Shown: positions 1 through 8,802, counted from the stretch's first letter. The stretch is 53,152 nt of DNA from Clostridia bacterium (GCA_022794055.1 JAAWEA010000073.1:1-53152), one strand, 5' to 3'. The notes: generated by a model not told the origin, from the sequence alone. Numbers and translations: made by a program.

Positions 1-220
1 CTCCCCACTTTTTATCTTCTCTTGTGTCTGCTTGATATTTTTTCTTATAAAAGTCTGCTTTTTCTCCTTCTGCAATGTCAAAATTAATTTTTAAATATGT
101 CTTATCGTTACTAGCCTTTAATTCCTCTACTTTTAATATTTTACATTTATATGCTCCTGGTTCTAATGTTTCAAAATCTGTTATTGGTTGTACATTTTCA
201 TAATCACTTGGTTTTTCCAT
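1..220 (-). CDS. Phage DUF669-like putative ssDNA-binding protein (partial, runs off window)
   Basis: Own translation MEKPSDYENVQPITDFETLEPGAYKCKILKVEE...YLKINFDIAEGE; RBS AAGGAGG; downstream of the AAA_24 gene. Confidence 0.6.
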   Translation of the reverse strand, partial: MEKPSDYENVQPITDFETLEPGAYKCKILKVEELKASNDKTYLKINFDIAEGEKADFYKKKYQADTREDKKWG

Positions 221-242
221 AATTATTTTTCCTCCTTATAAT

Positions 243-470
243 TTAAATTTTTTCTATAAATTTCATAATTTTTTTAGCGTTTTCGCCATCTAATTTTCCA
301 AATTCAATTTTTATGTCTGCTTCTTTTTCAGTTTTACAATGTTTTCCTTCGTATTCTATTTCTTCTGTTTTATTTTCTGCTACACACATTTTTGTTTCTT
401 GCAATTCATCATATTTGTATGCTTTAATTACTAATTCCTGGTATTCTTCACTAGTTATCATTACTACCAT
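243..470 (-). CDS. Phage hypothetical protein
   Basis: 75-aa ORF translationally coupled within the early operon. Confidence 0.7.
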   Translation of the reverse strand: MVVMITSEEYQELVIKAYKYDELQETKMCVAENKTEEIEYEGKHCKTEKEADIKIEFGKLDGENAKKIMKFIEKI

Positions 471-610
471 TACTTTTCACCTCTTTTCTTCTTTTGAAAC
501 CATTTCCAAAATCCTTTAAAGTCTGCTCTATATCTTTTATCCACGCCTTTGTTGTGTTCTTTCCATTGCTTCTTTAATTGATTTCTTTCAATTTTTCTTT
601 GAAGGTTCAT
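470..610 (-). CDS. Small phage hypothetical protein (46 aa; not in ORF track)
   Basis: MNLQRKIERNQLKKAMEEHNKGVDKRYRADFKGFWKWFQKKKRGEK; RBS AAGGAGG; TAATG overlap with next gene. Confidence 0.7.
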   Translation of the reverse strand: MNLQRKIERNQLKKQWKEHNKGVDKRYRADFKGFWKWFQKKKRGEK

Positions 611-1235
611 TTTTGTTTTCCTCCTTTTTGTTTAATTCGTAATATTCTCTAATTGTCTGATCTACTACTTTTAAGTCATTATCAATTTTTGCTTCAAACA
701 TTGCCATTGGACTTTTGCAAGTTGTATATCCATCACTTTGCGTTTCAAAATAATGCTCTTGGCCATCTGTTTTACAAAGTAATACTATTGAAAATAAACC
801 TTCTAATGTTAATTGATTATCTAGCATCTTACCTGATGTCTTGGCCTTTATTTTTCCTGTATCTGTTGTTTCTGTATGATGTAAGAAATATACTATTGTA
901 TCTGCAGGTGTATTTTTTATTACATAATCTACAAGGCTTCTAAAGTTTAATGCAACATCTGTAAATTTGTTGTAACCTACTTCTTTTGCTCTATCAAACA
1001 TTTCAAAGGCCATTAGGTATTGTGAGTCATCTATTACATAAGTTTTAAAAGTTCCTTTTTGCATATTGCTTTTTATTTGTGTATATGTAACATTGTCTGC
1101 CTTGTTTAATTGCTTTTTAAAAGGTAATGGCTTACCTGCTATGTTATAAATCGCAATATCATTTTTATCAAAATTTCTTAAGCTACAGCTTTTTCCTGAA
1201 CCTGATTCACCTAATATTAATACTGGTATTCCCAT
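588..1235 (-). CDS. Phage AAA_24 / Sak4-like ATPase (putative recombinase)
   Basis: Walker A GESGSGKS, Walker B-like YVIDDSQY; adjacent to Gp157 and SSB-like genes. Confidence 0.75.
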   Translation of the reverse strand: MGIPVLILGESGSGKSCSLRNFDKNDIAIYNIAGKPLPFKKQLNKADNVTYTQIKSNMQKGTFKTYVIDDSQYLMAFEMFDRAKEVGYNKFTDVALNFRSLVDYVIKNTPADTIVYFLHHTETTDTGKIKAKTSGKMLDNQLTLEGLFSIVLLCKTDGQEHYFETQSDGYTTCKSPMAMFEAKIDNDLKVVDQTIREYYELNKKEENKNEPSKKN

Positions 1236-1402
1236 TATTTTTCACCCTCCTTCTTTTTTTGTTTATTTGTATAATCCTGCATTCTGCGAGTAACTACTAT
1301 TAAAAAATTGCAATTGTTACAACATCTTCCATTATTTACTGGATAAGCATTATTTCCATAACCTTCAAATTCTTTTCCACAAATACTACAACATTGTCTC
1401 AT
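1235..1402 (-). CDS. Small Cys-rich phage protein (55 aa; not in ORF track)
   Basis: MRQCCSICGKEFEGYGNNAYPVNNGRCCNNCNF...; TAATG overlaps at both ends; two CxxC pairs. Confidence 0.75.
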   Translation of the reverse strand: MRQCCSICGKEFEGYGNNAYPVNNGRCCNNCNFLIVVTRRMQDYTNKQKKKEGEK

Positions 1403-1890
1403 TATTTAATCCTCAAACTTTCTCCTCTTGGCTCTAAATGAGCAAAAGGTAATTCTTTTCCTGCTTCTAAATCGGTTCTTATTTTATCTGTATCATTTTC
1501 AATAATTGTTTTTGTATATTCTTCAGGTACATCTCCATCAATAGTAAGTGTTTGTTTTCCACCATTTTTTGCTATATTAAAGCTAAATAAATCTGTTGCA
1601 AATTTTGTTTTTCCAGTAGATTTCATTGTTTTAAATAGGTTTTGTTTTAAAGTATTTACTCTATTTTCAAATACTTTTGCACTTTCTGTTAGTCTTTTTG
1701 CTTCTTCTTTTCTAGCGTTTTTCTTTGATTCAAGTTCTTTTATAATTTTTGCATATCCATCTGCCTTATCTTCAATTTCTCCTTCAATCCCTTCTAATGT
1801 ATCTAATATCATTTGTTCATCTACTTCTTCGTCATATAACATATTAAGTACAGTTTCATAATTATTTGTTAATTGATATAAATTACTCAT
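1402..1890 (-). CDS. Siphovirus Gp157-family protein
   Basis: MSNLYQLT...DTLEGIEGEIEDKADGYAKII...KFATDLFSFNI...LRIK pattern. Confidence 0.85.
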   Translation of the reverse strand: MSNLYQLTNNYETVLNMLYDEEVDEQMILDTLEGIEGEIEDKADGYAKIIKELESKKNARKEEAKRLTESAKVFENRVNTLKQNLFKTMKSTGKTKFATDLFSFNIAKNGGKQTLTIDGDVPEEYTKTIIENDTDKIRTDLEAGKELPFAHLEPRGESLRIK

Positions 1891-2242
1891 CTTTCTTTTC
1901 CTCCTCTATTTCTTTCCACATATTTAATAAGTGTGTCTTTGCTTTTTTTAGATATTCTTCGATTTCCTTCAAATCTTCTTCTTTGATATTGTGTATTACT
2001 GCGTGCCATTGTTCATATCCGTGTCTTTGTAATGCGTGATGTAATTTTAAAGTATATGTATCGCAATATTTATCTTCAGAATCTTCGTGGTATTCAATAT
2101 CAAATCTAAATAATAAATTGTAATCTAAATCATAAGGTAATTCCTCTTCAACAAATTCCTTCCAACTATCATATTCACTTGTTCTTTTGGTTTCCCAACA
2201 TTCACAATAATAGTCGTGATTTGTATTTTCAAGTTTCAACAT
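1883..2242 (-). CDS. Phage hypothetical protein
   Basis: 119-aa acidic ORF with RBS, overlapping Gp157 start. Confidence 0.75.
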   Translation of the reverse strand: MLKLENTNHDYYCECWETKRTSEYDSWKEFVEEELPYDLDYNLLFRFDIEYHEDSEDKYCDTYTLKLHHALQRHGYEQWHAVIHNIKEEDLKEIEEYLKKAKTHLLNMWKEIEEEKKDE

Positions 2243-2316
2243 TTTTCTTGTCCTTTCTAACTTTCTATGTTACAATATAAATAGAAAGTATTTATATAAA
2301 TATTTTTGTGAATCAT

Positions 2317-2466
2317 CTAGTTTTCAGTTTCGACGCTGGTAGATGGTTCATTTTTTAAGTTATCTTCACAGATAAATAAAATTTGTTGTAAAATTTCTCT
2401 TAATTCAGCTTCATTATGAAATTCGTCTATATCTGAAATAAGATTTTTAATTTTTTGATATCCCAT
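2317..2466 (-). CDS. Small phage hypothetical protein (49 aa)
   Basis: MGYQKIKNLISDIDEFHNEAELREILQQILFICEDNLKNEPSTSVETEN; RBS AAGGAGG. Confidence 0.65.
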   Translation of the reverse strand: MGYQKIKNLISDIDEFHNEAELREILQQILFICEDNLKNEPSTSVETEN

Positions 2467-2467
2467 A

Positions 2468-2563
2468 TTAATTTCCTCCTTTCAATTGTCTTAATTTATA
2501 TTTCATAGTTGCTAAAGTAATAATGTGCCATATATAACAATCGTGTAATTTATCTTTCAGCAT
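2468..2563 (-). CDS. Small phage hypothetical protein (31 aa)
   Basis: MLKDKLHDCYIWHIITLATMKYKLRQLKGGN; RBS GAGGTG; fills the gap in the operon. Confidence 0.5.
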   Translation of the reverse strand: MLKDKLHDCYIWHIITLATMKYKLRQLKGGN

Positions 2564-2783
2564 GTTTTTCACCTCTTTTTATCTCTTGACTTTCTTCAAA
2601 AATTGTTTCTATAAACATTATTAATGTTAGTCCTAATAATGGAATTAAATATTCTCCTCCAACTGCTTCATAGCCTCTTGCTACAGTTGCATATTTTATT
2701 GCAATTGGTGTTGATATAATTGCTACTATAAAAACCAATAATTCCAAAATTCTTATAGTAAGTTTTTTCTTATTAATTTTCAT
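2550..2783 (-). CDS. Phage small membrane protein (2 TM)
   Basis: Two hydrophobic segments; likely start MKINKKK at 2783, coupled to the xis stop. Confidence 0.7.
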   Translation of the reverse strand: MKINKKKLTIRILELLVFIVAIISTPIAIKYATVARGYEAVGGEYLIPLLGLTLIMFIETIFEESQEIKRGEKHAER

Positions 2784-2974
2784 TATTCTTCCCCCTTTAA
2801 CCTTTTCTTTTTGTACCATTCTCTTATTGCACTTCCTAATGCTACCTTTTCTTTTCCAAAATTTTCACTTGGAAAGTCTTGTGAATTATAAATACTTAAT
2901 GCTGTTGGTACACTACAATTCCTCAATTCAGCAAATTGGGTTGGTGTATAAAATATATTATCTTGTAGTTCCAT
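2783..2974 (-). CDS. Excisionase-like HTH protein
   Basis: 63 aa, FYTPTQFAELRNCSVPTALSIY...FP...GK...IREWY; downstream of cro. Confidence 0.65.
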   Translation of the reverse strand: MELQDNIFYTPTQFAELRNCSVPTALSIYNSQDFPSENFGKEKVALGSAIREWYKKKRLKGEE

Positions 2975-3033
2975 TTAATCTTCCTCCTTTTTGTGTGGTG
3001 TCCGCATTTTTATTTTTACCTTTCATTTTCCTC

Positions 3034-3059
3034 CCTTTCTTGTTATGATTTCCTAACTT
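3034..3059. repeat. 26-bp direct repeat copy 1 (operator plus RBS)
   Basis: cctttcttgttatgatttcctaactt, identical to 3288-3313; contains GTTA-N8-TAAC dyad. Confidence 0.85.
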
Positions 3060-3276
3060 TTTCTTTAAAAAAATAATCTGGTATTTCTTTTTCTTCAATA
3101 TCTAATGCTCTACATAATTCTCTTATGTCTTGCTGATCAAATTTTAATTTATTGTTCAATCTTAGATTTAATGAAGTCGATGATATGGTAATTTTATTTA
3201 TTAAGTTCTCTCTAGTACCATATTTTTCTTTAATTCTACCAAGCAATTTACTATAATCGTATATACTATTTGCCAT
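3043..3276 (-). CDS. Cro-like HTH regulator (DUF739-like)
   Basis: YDYSKLLGRIKEKYGT...KLKFDQQDI...IPDYFF; divergent from cI. Confidence 0.85.
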   Translation of the reverse strand: MANSIYDYSKLLGRIKEKYGTRENLINKITISSTSLNLRLNNKLKFDQQDIRELCRALDIEEKEIPDYFFKEKVRKS

Positions 3277-3287
3277 GATTTTCATCT

Positions 3288-3384
3288 CCTTTCTTGTTAT
3301 GATTTCCTAACTTCGTATGTATCTTACAATAACTTTTATATAATGTCAACAGTTTTTTTAAAAAAAGTTTCTAATTCCTAACTT
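3288..3384. promoter_or_regulatory. cI/cro switch region with putative operators
   Basis: Repeat copy 2 at 3288-3313, related site gtttctaattcctaactt near 3368-3385, TTGACA on the minus strand at 3344-3349. Confidence 0.7.
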
Positions 3385-3458
3385 TTTTATTTAAAAACCT
3401 TGCAAAAAAGCCATTTTTGTAATATAATATTTTCAAATATGAATCTAGGAGGCGTTTT

Positions 3459-3989
3459 ATGGAACAAGAATCTTTTGCAAACCGTTTATCAAAAGCATTA
3501 ATAATAAGGAATATGAAACCCATAGATCTAGCCAAAATAAGTGGTATAAATAAAGCTACTATTAGTCAGTACCTTTCAGGAAGATATAAGGCAAAACAAA
3601 ACAATATATATATATTGGCTAAAGCTCTTAATATAAATGAAGCTTGGTTAATGGGATTTGACACAAATATTGATCGTATACCTGATAATGAAAGAACTCA
3701 AATAATGACATACACTTCTACTGACGATTCTATGTTACCTCTTTTAGGTATAGACGATGTTGCTTATGTTTTGCCGCAGGACACATATATATCAGGAGAA
3801 ACAATTTATTTTCGTCTAGAAAATAAACTTATGATTAGAAAAATTATAGATAATAATGGTTCAATAGAATTTCACGCAATGAATCCTTATTATCCTATAT
3901 TAAAATGTACTGCTGAAGAATTAAATCAAAAAGAATTTATTGTTATCGGAAAAGTAATAAAGGTAGAAAATAAAAGTGCTTTTAAATAG
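3459..3989 (+). CDS. CI-like repressor (XRE HTH + S24 peptidase-like domain)
   Basis: HTH ...ISQYLSGRYKAK...INEAWLMG; C-terminal DDSM...AMNPYYP...VIGKV. Confidence 0.9.
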   Translation: MEQESFANRLSKALIIRNMKPIDLAKISGINKATISQYLSGRYKAKQNNIYILAKALNINEAWLMGFDTNIDRIPDNERTQIMTYTSTDDSMLPLLGIDDVAYVLPQDTYISGETIYFRLENKLMIRKIIDNNGSIEFHAMNPYYPILKCTAEELNQKEFIVIGKVIKVENKSAFK

Positions 3990-4006
3990 GAAAGGAAATA
4001 TTATAT

Positions 4007-4537
4007 ATGGAAAAAAATTTATTTAAACCTACACACACCTTAAATATTTTACAAGTAGACAGTATTAATAAACTTTTTAAAGTAAAAGGTCAATCTGCAG
4101 ATGCATTTCAAAAGAAGAAACATGGACTTTTAAGATCAGGTTTAGCTGTATATACAATGGGTTTATCCATAATAGCAGATAAAGCAATAAATAACTTTAA
4201 AGGAAAAGTTTATAACTTTTCTGACTTAAATAGTTTTGAATTGTTAGAAGATGATTCATCAGTCACTTCTGGTGGTGTTGGCTTAGCTTTAGCAGCAACA
4301 GCACTAACTGGTAGTTATGTTGCAGGAGCAGTTGGAGGTATTGTTGGAAAAAAGAAAACTAAAAAAGTTATAGAATCAATGGTTATTAAAATGAATATAA
4401 ATGATTTTGATAATCCTTGTATAATGATACCAATAATTACAAAATCAACAAAAGTAAATAGTAAAGAATATAGAGAAGCTTTTAATGAAGCACAAAAGAT
4501 TATTTCAATGTTAGATTTAATTACACATAACAATTAA
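4007..4537 (+). CDS. Lysogeny-module protein with glycine-rich hydrophobic segment
   Basis: GGVGLALAATALTGSYVAGAVGGIVGKKK; located between cI and int. Confidence 0.75.
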   Translation: MEKNLFKPTHTLNILQVDSINKLFKVKGQSADAFQKKKHGLLRSGLAVYTMGLSIIADKAINNFKGKVYNFSDLNSFELLEDDSSVTSGGVGLALAATALTGSYVAGAVGGIVGKKKTKKVIESMVIKMNINDFDNPCIMIPIITKSTKVNSKEYREAFNEAQKIISMLDLITHNN

Positions 4538-4679
4538 AAAAAGGATAATGTGTATTGTTTTGCGGACACCACACATTATCCAAGGATGCAACCACTCTGA
4601 AAAGTGATTACTTTTGTATTATATACAAAAAACCTTCATTTTTCAAGTGCTATTCAAAGAAAAAATGGAGGTTTTTATT

Positions 4680-5879
4680 ATGGGTACAGCTAAAAAACGT
4701 GGAAACGGCGAAGGTACTATATTTAAAAGAGAAATTAAAGGAAAAACTGTATGGGTTACTGAATACACTATTGAAATGTATGATAAAAATGGAAAAAGAA
4801 AAAGAAAAACAATATATGGCAAAACTAGACAAGAAGTAAAAAGCAAATTAGAAAAGATTATTACTGAATTAAATACAGATACTTATGTAGATAAATCAAA
4901 AGTTACCTTTTATGATATTGCAAAGGAATTTATTGATACTGCATATAAAATGAATAAATTAAAGGAAAGTTCTTATTCTCGCAAACTACATACATTAAAA
5001 AATATTTCAACTCACTATATTGCTAATATGGAACTTCAAAAAATAACGGAAAAAGATTTAAAAGATTTTCTAATTTATATTACCAAATATTCGGATTCCG
5101 TTATTGCTAAAATATATGGAATAGTTAATAATACTTTTAAAATAGCAGTTAGAAGAAATATTTTGCGTTATAACTTTTTAGATGATCAATTAGAATTTGA
5201 AATACCTTTATCTAAAAAATATAAAAATAAATCTAAAACTGTGTCTGCCTTTACTATTGATGAGCAAAAGCAACTTATAACAGAATTGCAAAATGCAAAT
5301 AAATTTAGATATAAATATCAAATTTTTATAAGTTTGTTTACTGGTATGAGAATGGGCGAAATAAATGCTTTAGACATAAATGACATTGATTTTGAAAATA
5401 AAATAATTCATATAAGAAGAACTATTACTCGTACATTTGATGATAGAGCAACAATTGGTTCTTATACTAAAACAGTAAACGGAATTAGAGATTTAATAAT
5501 GGATGATCACATTGAAAAAATATTCAGAGAATACTTATCCTCTGAATATTATATGCAAAATGATTATAATCTTTTATTTTGCAATTCAAATAAAGAATGT
5601 ATAAGTACAGATACTGTTAATATGATGTTTAAATATTTTTGCCAAGAACATAATATTGGAAAAGGTTATGATGTCCATCAGCATATGCTCCGTCATACAT
5701 TTGCAACTAGATGTATTGAATCAGGAATGCCTGCATCCGTTTTAGCAAAAATAATGGGACACGCAAATGTTGCAACTACTTTAAATGTCTATTGTGAGGT
5801 TTTTGATAAATTTAAAAAGGAACACCTTGATTTATCTTACAACTACTTAAAGGAAAATGGCTTGATACTTGACTCTTGA
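4680..5879 (+). CDS. int: Phage tyrosine integrase
   Basis: RGNGEGTI N-terminus, TGMRMGEI, HMLRHTFATR, MGHANVATTLNVY; ATG at 4680 after GGAGG. Confidence 0.95.
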   Translation: MGTAKKRGNGEGTIFKREIKGKTVWVTEYTIEMYDKNGKRKRKTIYGKTRQEVKSKLEKIITELNTDTYVDKSKVTFYDIAKEFIDTAYKMNKLKESSYSRKLHTLKNISTHYIANMELQKITEKDLKDFLIYITKYSDSVIAKIYGIVNNTFKIAVRRNILRYNFLDDQLEFEIPLSKKYKNKSKTVSAFTIDEQKQLITELQNANKFRYKYQIFISLFTGMRMGEINALDINDIDFENKIIHIRRTITRTFDDRATIGSYTKTVNGIRDLIMDDHIEKIFREYLSSEYYMQNDYNLLFCNSNKECISTDTVNMMFKYFCQEHNIGKGYDVHQHMLRHTFATRCIESGMPASVLAKIMGHANVATTLNVYCEVFDKFKKEHLDLSYNYLKENGLILDS

Positions 5880-5889
5880 GCATATATCT

Positions 5890-5909
5890 GTACAGCCACG
5901 AGTACAGCC
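5890..5909. repeat. Putative integrase arm-type sites
   Basis: GTACAGCC direct repeat at 5890-5897 and 5902-5909 just after int. Confidence 0.55.
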
Positions 5910-5978
5910 GTACGAATTATTTTTAAAATATTTTATATTTATTTGAAAATATATTGAAAATTAAAAACATAGATATAA

Positions 5979-6028
5979 CAATGGTTTGAACCACTTTGAA
6001 ATAAAATCAAAATATGTTCAAACCATTG
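5979..6028. repeat. 13-bp inverted repeat beside the att junction
   Basis: caatggtttgaac ... gttcaaaccattg. Confidence 0.7.
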
Positions 6029-6099
6029 ATTTTAGACTGTTTTTGCCATCCATTAAAGTCTTTTCCATCATATTCTATTGTCAACTTTATATTTCTCAT
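6007..6099 (-). pseudogene. truA: 5' fragment of tRNA pseudouridine(38-40) synthase interrupted by the prophage
   Basis: RBS GGAGAG then MRNIKLTIEYDGKDFNGWQKQ (TruA N-terminal YDG..F.GWQ.Q motif), followed by non-homologous SKINGLNIF and a stop. Confidence 0.88.
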
Positions 6100-6145
6100 T
6101 ACTACTCTCCATTTAATTTATTATTCAAACTTCAGAAATATATAA

Positions 6146-6169
6146 AAGTCGCTTTTACTTAAGCGACTT
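6146..6169 (-). terminator. Hairpin after cdaA
   Basis: aagtcgctt-ttactt-aagcgactt. Confidence 0.6.
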
Positions 6170-7091
6170 AATCTTCTTTTTTATCTCTTACTTTCGACAT
6201 TTTTTGTTTTAGTTTAGAAAAAGTACTACTATTTTTGGTGTTTCTCTCTGCAAATCTTTTTGTTACTACATTACTAATTAATATTTTTTTCAATGCGTCT
6301 TCTCTTACATCTGCAATTAATGTTCCATCTTTTGCTACTGATATTTTACCTGTTTCCTCTGATACAACTACAGTAATACTATCTGATTCCTTGGAAATTC
6401 CAATTGCTGCTCTATGTCTAGTTCCTAACTCCTTTGCTATATCTGGATTATCAGCCAAAGGTAATACACAAGCTGCAGCTGCAATTTTATTATTGCTAAT
6501 GACCACAGCACCATCATGTAATGGAGTCTTAGGAACAAAAATATTAACTAATAGTTGTGGCGAAACTTCTGAATCCATTGGTACTCCTGTTGCTATAATG
6601 TCTTGAATATTAATATCTCTTTCAATTACAATTAATGCCCCTGTTTTTGTATTTGAAAGTTCTTTTGCTGCAATTACTATTTTATAAATATCTTCTTTTG
6701 TTCTAGTAGCCAAATCACTATTCAATCCAAAAAACTTTGTAATTTTATTAGTTCCTAATTGCTCTAAAGCTCTTCTTAATTCTGGTTGAAATATTACAAT
6801 AATTGCAATTACACCCCAATTCATTATGCCTGTTAATATTGAATTTAATATATTCAACTTTAATAACCCACTAAGCCAAGTTGCTATAATCAAAAATGTA
6901 ATTCCCTTAATTAATTGCCAAGCTCTTGAGCCTTTAACAATACGTATAAGACAATATACTAAAAATACAACTATTAAAATATCTAATATAGTTGTAAATA
7001 GATTAATTGGATTATTACTTAAATCTTGAAAACCTTTTACAATATTTTCATTGTAAAAAGTTATCCAACTACCAATTATACTTTTTCCCAT
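6168..7091 (-). CDS. cdaA: Diadenylate cyclase CdaA
   Basis: 3 TM segments, FQPELRRAL, PLHDGA, GTRHRAA, VVSEETG. Confidence 0.95.
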   Translation of the reverse strand: MGKSIIGSWITFYNENIVKGFQDLSNNPINLFTTILDILIVVFLVYCLIRIVKGSRAWQLIKGITFLIIATWLSGLLKLNILNSILTGIMNWGVIAIIVIFQPELRRALEQLGTNKITKFFGLNSDLATRTKEDIYKIVIAAKELSNTKTGALIVIERDINIQDIIATGVPMDSEVSPQLLVNIFVPKTPLHDGAVVISNNKIAAAACVLPLADNPDIAKELGTRHRAAIGISKESDSITVVVSEETGKISVAKDGTLIADVREDALKKILISNVVTKRFAERNTKNSSTFSKLKQKMSKVRDKKED

Positions 7092-7107
7092 ATTACACCT
7101 TCTATTT

Positions 7108-7245
7108 TTATATTAATGAATATATTAATGTTGCTGATACTGATAAAATCATCATTAATGCTAATATTCCAGCCATTATCTTTACAAATACTTGTCCTTT
7201 ATCAAATCTTTTTTGATCTTTATTTTTTATTTTTTCTTTTTTCAT
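7108..7245 (-). CDS. Small membrane protein, DUF4044-like (45 aa; not in ORF track)
   Basis: MKKEKIKNKDQKRFDKGQVFVKIMAGILALMMILSVSATLIYSLI; RBS AAGGA. Confidence 0.7.
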   Translation of the reverse strand: MKKEKIKNKDQKRFDKGQVFVKIMAGILALMMILSVSATLIYSLI

Positions 7246-7348
7246 ATTTTTCAGTCCTTTCTTACAAATAAAACTTTAATACTGTAACAATTATAACACT
7301 ATTTATATAGTTATTTCAATAGAAATTTCCAATATTCAAAAATTCCCA

Positions 7349-8653
7349 TTATTTTATAATTTCTATTACACTACTTAATCTCTTAATTTCTTTATCTTCT
7401 ATAAGTATTATATCTTGTAATTTATCCTCTACTTCTTTTGACTTATCTTGATTATTAGAGTAAATATAAGCTAAAATATCATCTTTTTTTACTTGTTCAG
7501 AAACTTTTTTATTTAATATAATTCCTACTGAATTATCTATATTATCTTCTTTCCTTATTCTTCCAGCTCCTAGGCTACATGCTAATCTTCCAACACTTTC
7601 TGCATTTATCTCTTGAATGTAGCCATTTTTAGTTGATTTTACCTCTCTTATATATTTAGCTTTTTCAAATTTACTAGTATCTTCAATGTATGTTACATCT
7701 CCACTTTGGTTTTGTATCATTTCTTTTAATTTTTTAAGTGCTTTACCATTATAAATATTTTTTAGCATTTTCTCTTTATTTTCTTCTATATTATCCCCTA
7801 ATTTTGCTAGTTTTAGCATATATGCTCCTAATTCCAAAACAACCTCTTTTACATCATTAGGCATATTTCCTTTTAAAAACTCAATTGCTTCTATTACTTC
7901 TAGATTATTTCCAACTGCATATCCTAAAGGCTCATCCATATTAGTTAAAATACATACAGTTTCTTTATTTGCTAACTTTCCTATTTCTATCATCTGTCTT
8001 GCTAATTGTCTTGCTTCTTCTATTTTCTTCATAAATGCACCTTTTCCAACAGTCACATCTAATACTATTTTATCTGCTCCATTTGCTATTTTTTTGCTCA
8101 TTATACTAGAGGAAATTAATGGTAAACTTTCTACACAAGAAATACTATCTCTTAAAGCATATAACTTTTTATCTGCTGGTGCTAAATCCATTGTCTGAGA
8201 AATCATACTAATTCCTATTTTTTCAACATTTTCTAAAAAAGTATTAATATTTATTTCAGTTTGATACCCAGGAATTGATTGCATTTTATCTACTGTTCCT
8301 CCTGTAAATCCAAGTCCTCTTCCTGACATTTTGGCTACAGGAACACCAAGCGATGCAACTAATGGTAATAAACAAATTGACACTTTATCTCCTACTCCTC
8401 CAGTTGAGTGTTTATCTACTATAGTTTTATTTAATTTCGATAAATCTAATATCTCTCCTGAATTTGCCATAGATAAACTTAAATTAGTTGTTTCCTCTTT
8501 TGTCATTCCATTTATAAATATTGCCATTATTAGTGCTGATGCTTGATAGTCTGTAATTTCTTCTTTTATATATCCTTTTATAAAAAACTCTATTTCTTGT
8601 TTAGTTAATTCTTTTTTGTCTCTCTTTTTTTCTATTATTTCTAAAATATTCAT
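7349..8653 (-). CDS. pdp: Pyrimidine-nucleoside phosphorylase
   Basis: VDKHSTGGVGDK, KMSGRGLG, SIMSKK, LGAGR motifs. Confidence 0.95.
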   Translation of the reverse strand: MNILEIIEKKRDKKELTKQEIEFFIKGYIKEEITDYQASALIMAIFINGMTKEETTNLSLSMANSGEILDLSKLNKTIVDKHSTGGVGDKVSICLLPLVASLGVPVAKMSGRGLGFTGGTVDKMQSIPGYQTEININTFLENVEKIGISMISQTMDLAPADKKLYALRDSISCVESLPLISSSIMSKKIANGADKIVLDVTVGKGAFMKKIEEARQLARQMIEIGKLANKETVCILTNMDEPLGYAVGNNLEVIEAIEFLKGNMPNDVKEVVLELGAYMLKLAKLGDNIEENKEKMLKNIYNGKALKKLKEMIQNQSGDVTYIEDTSKFEKAKYIREVKSTKNGYIQEINAESVGRLACSLGAGRIRKEDNIDNSVGIILNKKVSEQVKKDDILAYIYSNNQDKSKEVEDKLQDIILIEDKEIKRLSSVIEIIK

Positions 8654-8721
8654 CTTTTTGCCTTTCTATTTTTCTTATTTTATGTTATAATTATGTTAAT
8701 ACCATTAAGGAGGAATATTAT

Positions 8722-8802
8722 ATGCGGAATTGGATAAAAAACTTTATTAGAGAACTTCTTCAAGAAATCCTTGAAGAACTTCTGAAAGGTTTACTTTTTT
8801 AA
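8722..8802 (+). CDS. Unannotated 26-aa amphipathic peptide
   Basis: TGnTATAAT upstream, AAGGAGG RBS, MRNWIKNFIRELLQEILEELLKGLLF, downstream hairpin near 8821-8845. Confidence 0.6.
   Translation: MRNWIKNFIRELLQEILEELLKGLLF

Larger units (their letters stand above)
1..6040. mobile_element. Prophage end (early/lysogeny module); continues beyond the window start
   Basis: Integrase, divergent cI/cro pair, xis-like gene, Gp157-like and AAA_24 genes, tightly coupled small ORFs; right boundary at the interrupted truA. Confidence 0.92.
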
